A DNA stretch of 64,000 nucleotides, from assembly GCA_964016885.1 (NCBI GenBank), contig OZ024740.1:343914001-343978000 (forward strand). Direction: 5' to 3'. Below the pieces are notes generated by a model. It was not told where the DNA came from and made no database searches. It saw nothing but the letters and a program-made list of their open reading frames with translations. Made by a program: the position numbers and the translations under genes. Source of the stretch: Eledone cirrhosa. Its lineage: Eukaryota. Shown piece after piece: positions 57,966-64,000 of the stretch; position 1 is the first letter of the stretch; each line of letters begins with the position of its first letter.

Positions 57966-59016
57966 TCGGCAACCTACTACAGGAATACGAAAGGTTCACA
58001 GGAGCAAAACTGAACCCGGACAAGTCTGTCGGTTTGCAACTCGGAACGTGGAGAGGCAAACCGATGCCGTCCGACAGCGACGTCGGACGCTGGACGGAAA
58101 GACCGGCGAAATTGCTCGGGGTCTGGTTCAGTCCAAACCTCCAGGTGGAGAAAAACTGGAACGGGGTCATGGCCAATGTATTTGCGCTCACCCAGAAATG
58201 GGCAGAGTGTAAACTGTCTTTGAAAGGTCGAGTGGAGGTGGCGAACACTTTCATAACGTCCGTCATCTACTACCACTTGACTGTCGTGCCTTGTCGCCGT
58301 GAATACCTCACCAAGATGGAACGCATGCTTTTCCAGTTCCTGTGGAAGAATCAGGCTCCACTGGTGAGGAGATCCGTCTGCTGTCAAGACCATTCCAACG
58401 GAAAGCAGGGCATGCCGTGGCTAATGATGCGTAAACATGCGCTGAGGCTACGGCATCTTCAGGTATTCCTCACTGACAAACCGGTGTGGGCACCGTTTGT
58501 GAGACAGCCCTTCCCACAACTTGTCTCGCTGACGGAGCTGCAGTCCTGGGTCAAGCGAAGACCGAAGAAGATGGGCGCCTGGCACATTGAATGCGCCCAG
58601 GCGCCCACAGTCCTTTGTCAAGCGGGCACAGCAATCAGTGGAGACTCCACTTCGACATTCTATAGAGGGTTAGTACTTTACAAGTGCGACGACGTGCTCG
58701 GGGAGACTCTAGGCGTCGAAGACGACGAGCTCACCAGTCTGTTCGGTAGGACTTTCCGCCCGGGACCTATGGACAACTTCCGAAGGTCCCTGGCCTGGCA
58801 GTGCTACCGAGGAGCTCTACCCATTCGAGATAAGATCTACAGGCACGGCCGCTCCGGCAGGGATCCTTCCAAGAGGACGTGTCCAAGATGCGAGCAAGAC
58901 ATTGAAACCGTCTTGCACGAAATTTATATTTTTTTTATACGACTGTATGTAAAATCCCCAGCATTTGTCTTTGTATTGTCCCCTTTTCTTGTGCGCCCTT
59001 GTGGCAAATAAAGAAA
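57966..59016 (+). mobile_element. Tx1/L1-clade LINE 3' fragment with 3' UTR
   Basis: Paralogous to about 62715-63670; ends AATAAAGAAA then (TCTA)n. Confidence 0.88.
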
Positions 59017-59067
59017 TATATCTATCTATCTATCTACCTGTCTGTCTGCCTGTCTATCTATCTATCT

Positions 59068-60620
59068 TCAACAACAATGATAACAACAACACCACCAACG
59101 ACAACAACAACACAAACAAACAAAATTTCTCCTTCGCCGAGACGACAAGGAAAACCCTCGACTATCTGCCAGTAGATATAACAAAAGCGAAGGAGCTACT
59201 GGCGGATGCGAAAAAATATATAGTGTACGGAGAAAATGGTTCATTCACAATCCATTCCCCCCCGGAACTAAAAAGCCAGAGACTCCTAAACACGGTCATG
59301 TTTAGGACAATCTCGAACAAAAGTAAAAAACCAGCTCAACCATCACAGAGCGAGATAGAGCTGGTTTTAAAAGACGTCATGAAGGACATCACCTTCATTC
59401 AGAAGGATAGACTCTACGGGAGTCTATCCATTCTCATGAAGGACAGGGACACAGCAGTGAAACTGTCCATCAAACCAATCACATCCACCGCATACACCTT
59501 CTACCCTACGTACATGGGTAGAAGAACACAAAAAATAAAAATCCACACCATCCTGCCGATTATGGACATATGGTGGGTTTTGACAGGTTTTCTGGACCTG
59601 GAGGATGACATGCTGGTGTCCATGGGAAAGGCATCGGGTGACGCGTTCAGTGGAACGAGCCTCGAACTTGTAGTTCAAATGAGGCCCGAAAGGATCGCCC
59701 AGATCCCTGAACGCGTCATACTGGATGATCTAACCTTCATCAACATTACCGTTGAGGGTAGACGGCCCTCGTGTTACCTCTGCAGAACCAGAGGTCACCT
59801 GAGGGCTGTCTGTCCCCAACTTAATAAGAAAACCCCAATCCTGCCTACACCACCAACAACTGCACAACAACTGCACAACCAACACAATCACCACAACTAC
59901 AAAAACAACCACCACAGCTCAAACCAAAACAAAACAATGTCCGACCCATCCCCTCCACTCAAAAAACAAAAACAATTTCCAAAACACCCGTACCGCAAAC
60001 ACAACCCGAAAATATACCCCTCCCCTCCAACCCGGAAGATGACCCTAGTTCGTCGTCAGACGAGGAGGAGCACTTCCACACAATCAAAAGAAAAAAAAGA
60101 AAACACACCTCAGACACACAAATGAAAAAAAACCCTCCCCAAAACATAACACTGACACCAACACAAAAGAGCTCACAACAACAGCAAACAAAAAACACCA
60201 CACAAAAACAAAAACATGCATACACATACATAAATACAAGAAACAAAAAACTGTTAAACATTGTGTACAACAACAATCTAATAAAAACACAAGGGCCTAA
60301 CTTCACCCAGGCAGGGGATTTCCCCCACCTCAAAATGATTAAGGCCCCACAGGACACCTATAAAACTTTAAAAAACAATTTTAAAGAGGACGTGGGTCCC
60401 CCCTGCGTCGGGCCCATTAACCGCGTCCTCCTAAAAAACTATCCCACTCCCTCCTCAAACACCCACACAACTCCAAGCTCCCCAACCACACAACACACTG
60501 ATGCCCCCACACTTCCACAAACCACCACCCCACCCAACAACCCATCCCCCACCCTAATGGAAATTGTGCAGCCGATACCCGGGACGCAGAGAGGTAAGTG
60601 CCTTTTCTCTTCACCACCAG
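59068..60620 (+). pseudogene. LINE ORF1 (gag-like CCHC knuckle), frameshifted
   Basis: VEGRRPSCYLCRTRGHLRAVCP. Confidence 0.75.
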
Positions 60621-60621
60621 C

Positions 60622-63600
60622 ATGGCTATGCTAAGAGTAGGCTGTTTAAATGCGCGTGGCCTGGGCTCAACTTGGAAGCAAGCAATGCTTCTAAATGACC
60701 TCAGGTCACAACGTATAGATGTGATGGTTATTTGCGAGGCTCGGATCAGCAACGTGCGACAGCTGGCCCCCACCTTTGATGACTTTGAGATGCACGCATC
60801 TCTCTGTCAGCCCGGAGGTGGGGTGGAGTTGTCGTTCTGCTGCAAAAACATCTGGGTCTCGCAACACAGATGGTACATTTGGACCCGGAGGGTCGACTAG
60901 TGGTTCTGGACCTTGGCAGTGGTAAAGGCGGAGCGTCTAGGTTGGTAGCCGCCTACGGCCCTTTCGGGTCAATGCGGCCGGACTTCTTCCATCGTCTGGA
61001 GACTTTTCTAGGGACGTCCCGCTACTTGCTATTAGTGGGGGACTGGAATGGTATCCTAGATGCACGCTGGGACTACGTAGGGGCCTGCCCCGATAGAGAG
61101 GGGTGTAATAGCCTCAAAAGGTTAATCGGTCGATTTGACCTGGCCGATAGATATCGACTAGATTTTCCGACTGCGCCAACCAAACCGTAGCGGATCATCT
61201 AGGTCGTACCTAGATAGGTTCTTAGTTAGAATTAAGGATAAGGACTTTTTAAGTTGTCCAAAAATGCGCATGGTTGGCTATTCAAACCACAAATTAGTGA
61301 TCTGCATGGTCAACCTTGACAGAACTCATAGACAGGGCCCCGGTTGCTGGAAGCTCAACTTGTCCTTGCCGGCAAGTAGAGCCTACAGGAATCGGATTAG
61401 TACGTTAGTTAAGGAACGGTTGACTGGAGCGATCGTCAACAGCAGGTGGTGGGTATCTCTAAAGAGAGAGATTAGAGCAGTCTCGATAGAATTTAGTAAG
61501 GTTCTAGCTGCGGATAGGAATAGGAAGGAAAGGGAGCTAATAGATAGAGTAGAAGAGGCAATTAGAAGCGGCGACGTGGCCAGAGTGCTAGCGTCGAGAA
61601 CGGCTTTGAGCCAGTTTTTCGACGCGAAGCACGAAGGCTGCGTTGTCCGAAGTAAAATACGTGCTCTAGGGAACGAGGGGACCAAAGCTGTTAGCTGGGC
61701 CCGCGTGACAGAGGCCAACAGTGGAACTAAATCCACCATCCGGTCTTTGCGAGACCTGGATGGACGGGCGATTCTTGAGCCTAAGCAGATGTGTGAGGCC
61801 TTTCAAAGGCACTTTGCCCGACTGTTCGGGAGGGGCGGGGAGCCGGTTGGGAACGTGGACTTCGGTCCATACCTCGACGGCCTGCCGCGCCTCTCGGACA
61901 GGGAGGCGAAGTCCTGCGAGGAGCCGATTTCGGCCGCTGAGATAGAGGACGTGCTGAGCCAATGCGGCAAACGCAAATCCCCGGGTCTCGATGGTCTTCC
62001 TTACGAATTATATCTAGCTATGCCGGACTTGTTCCCCGATCTCCTCGAGGCGGTCTACTGCAACTGGCAACAGAACGGGAGAATTCCCTGTACTGTGACC
62101 AAGGGCGTAGTCACGCTAGTGAGGAAGGACGAGAACAAGGGGGACGAAATAAGTAACTTCAGGCCCATAACTATGCTAAATACAGAGTTACAGATTTTGG
62201 CCAAGGTGCTAGCAAAGAGGTTGGCGCTTGTCGTGGGCAACCTGGTGGGAGATGCGCAGACATGCGCTATCCCGTCCAGGTCCATCCATGACAACCTCCA
62301 CCTCATGCGATACATCATAGAGAGGGTTGGGAACGAACCCGGCTTTGGTGGGGCTCTGATCAACTTGGATCAATCTAAGGCGTTCGATAGGGTCGACCAT
62401 GGTTACCTGGATGCGGTGCTAGCGGCGGCAGGCTTCGGACCCGTTTTCAGGGGCTGGATCACTGCTATGCACAGCAGCCGCATCTGCTCTAGGGTCAAGG
62501 TGAACGGCTACCTCTCGGAGCCGTTCAAAATCGCGAGGTCCATCCGACAAGGGTGCCCTCTCTCCTCCCTTCTGTATGTGTTGACTCTCGAGCCACTACT
62601 GCGGAAGTTGGAGTTGTTGCAGGGCATCCCTTTGGAACCGGGATTGCGGAAAGCGGTGTCGGCCTACGCCGATGACGTGATAGTAATGGTGTCGACGGCC
62701 TCCGAAATCGAGGCGGTCGGCACCTTACTGGAGGAGTACGAAAAGTTCACAGGGGCTAAGCTGAACCGGGACAAGTCGATCGGTTTGCAACTCGGCACGT
62801 GGAGGGGCAGACCGATGCCCTCCGATGGCGTCGTCGGACGCTGGACGGAGGGCCCGGTGAAGTTGCTCGGGGTCTGGTTCGGACCGGACCTCCAGGTGGA
62901 GAAAAACTGGGCGGAGGTTACGAACAGGGTGTTTGCACTGACCCAGAAGTGGGCCAGTTGCAAACTATCCCTGAAAGGTCGGGCGGAGGTGGCGAACACC
63001 TACATAGCGTCCGTCATCTACTACCGCCTGACCGTAGTGCCCTGCCCAAGGGAAACCCTCACCAAGATGGAGCGCGCGCTCTTCCAATTCCTTTGGAAGA
63101 GGCGGGCTCCTATGGTGAGGAGGTCCATCTGCTGTCAACACCCTTCGAAAGGAGGGCTGGGGATGCCGTGGCTAATGATGCGTAAACACGCATTAAGGCT
63201 ACGGCACCTCTACGTATTCCTCACCGGACAACCGGTGTGGGCCTCGTTTGTGAGACGAACCTTTCCCAGACTCGTCTCACTCACCGAGCTGCAATCCTGG
63301 GTCAAGCAAAGACCGAGAAAACTGGGCGCCTGGCACACTGAGTGTGCCCAGGCGCTCACCGCCCTCTGGCAGGCGGATCCGGTTATCAGTGGAGACTCCA
63401 CCGCAACATTCTATAGAGGGCTGGTACGCAGCAGGTGCGACGACGCCCTCGGAGAAGCCCTAGACATGGAGGATGACGAACTGGCCAGCCTGTTCGGTAG
63501 GACATTCAGCCCGGGACCTATGGACAACTTCCGGAAGTCCCTGGCCTGGCAGTGCTACCGAGGAGCTTTACCCGTTCGAGAAAGGCTCTACAGACACGGG

Positions 63601-64000
63601 CGCCCGGGTAGGGACCCCGCCAAAAAGATCTGTCCCAGATGCGTGTGCGACGAGGAAACCGTTGCACACGCATTGGTACACTGCTCGGGCGTAGCCGATC
63701 TGTGGGGCTATGTCGAACAACTGCTGTCAAGGGTGGGACCGATCCGGTTGACCACCGAGTCTATTGTAATGATCAAGCCGCCTCCCCCCATTCAAAGATG
63801 AAGCAGAGGCGGTGTTTCTGTGCGTAATAGCTATGGCGAAAGAGGTTGTATGGTGGACGCGTCTGAAAGGACTGAGGTCAGGCACCTTTCTCTCTGGCCA
63901 ACAACTGGTCCGTTTCTTCCGATATCATTTCGGAAGAAGGATCAGGATGGAGAGAGAGGTGCTGCACCCCAGTCGTTTTTATGAAAGGTGGGTGAAAGTG
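60622..64000 (+). pseudogene. LINE ORF2: AP endonuclease + RT + C-terminal CCHC, with frameshifts
   Basis: CLNARGL, VGDWN, YLDRFL, KSPGLDGLP, NFRPITMLN, LDQSKAFDRVDH, IRQGCPLS, YADD, CPRC..ETVAHALVHC. Confidence 0.93.

Larger units (their letters stand above)
59068..64000 (+). mobile_element. Tx1/L1-clade LINE (runs off the window)
   Basis: ORF1 with zinc knuckle followed by APE-RT ORF2. Confidence 0.9.

Overview
AT-rich, microsatellite-dense eukaryotic DNA, probably intronic or intergenic; the SINE family and repeat landscape suggest a cephalopod such as Octopus (inference). No host gene is confidently identifiable. Contents: about 18 copies of one tRNA-derived SINE, RTE-like and R4/Dong-like LINE fragments, a DD37D (maT) Tc1/mariner relic, a Tx1/L1-clade LINE, a candidate Helitron end, a candidate MITE, and many Penelope-like element (PLE) remnants. 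The strongest signal is a recurring architecture of (TA)n - inverted pseudo-LTR - sense remnant/tail - (TA)n, ranging from a near-full RT+GIY-YIG element to ORF-less near-perfect palindromes. These carry more than a dozen type I hammerhead ribozyme (HHR) motifs, most with a palindromic helix III, including CCGANGA and covarying U3-A8 (TTGANAA) core variants. All coordinates were read by eye and may be off by a few bases.
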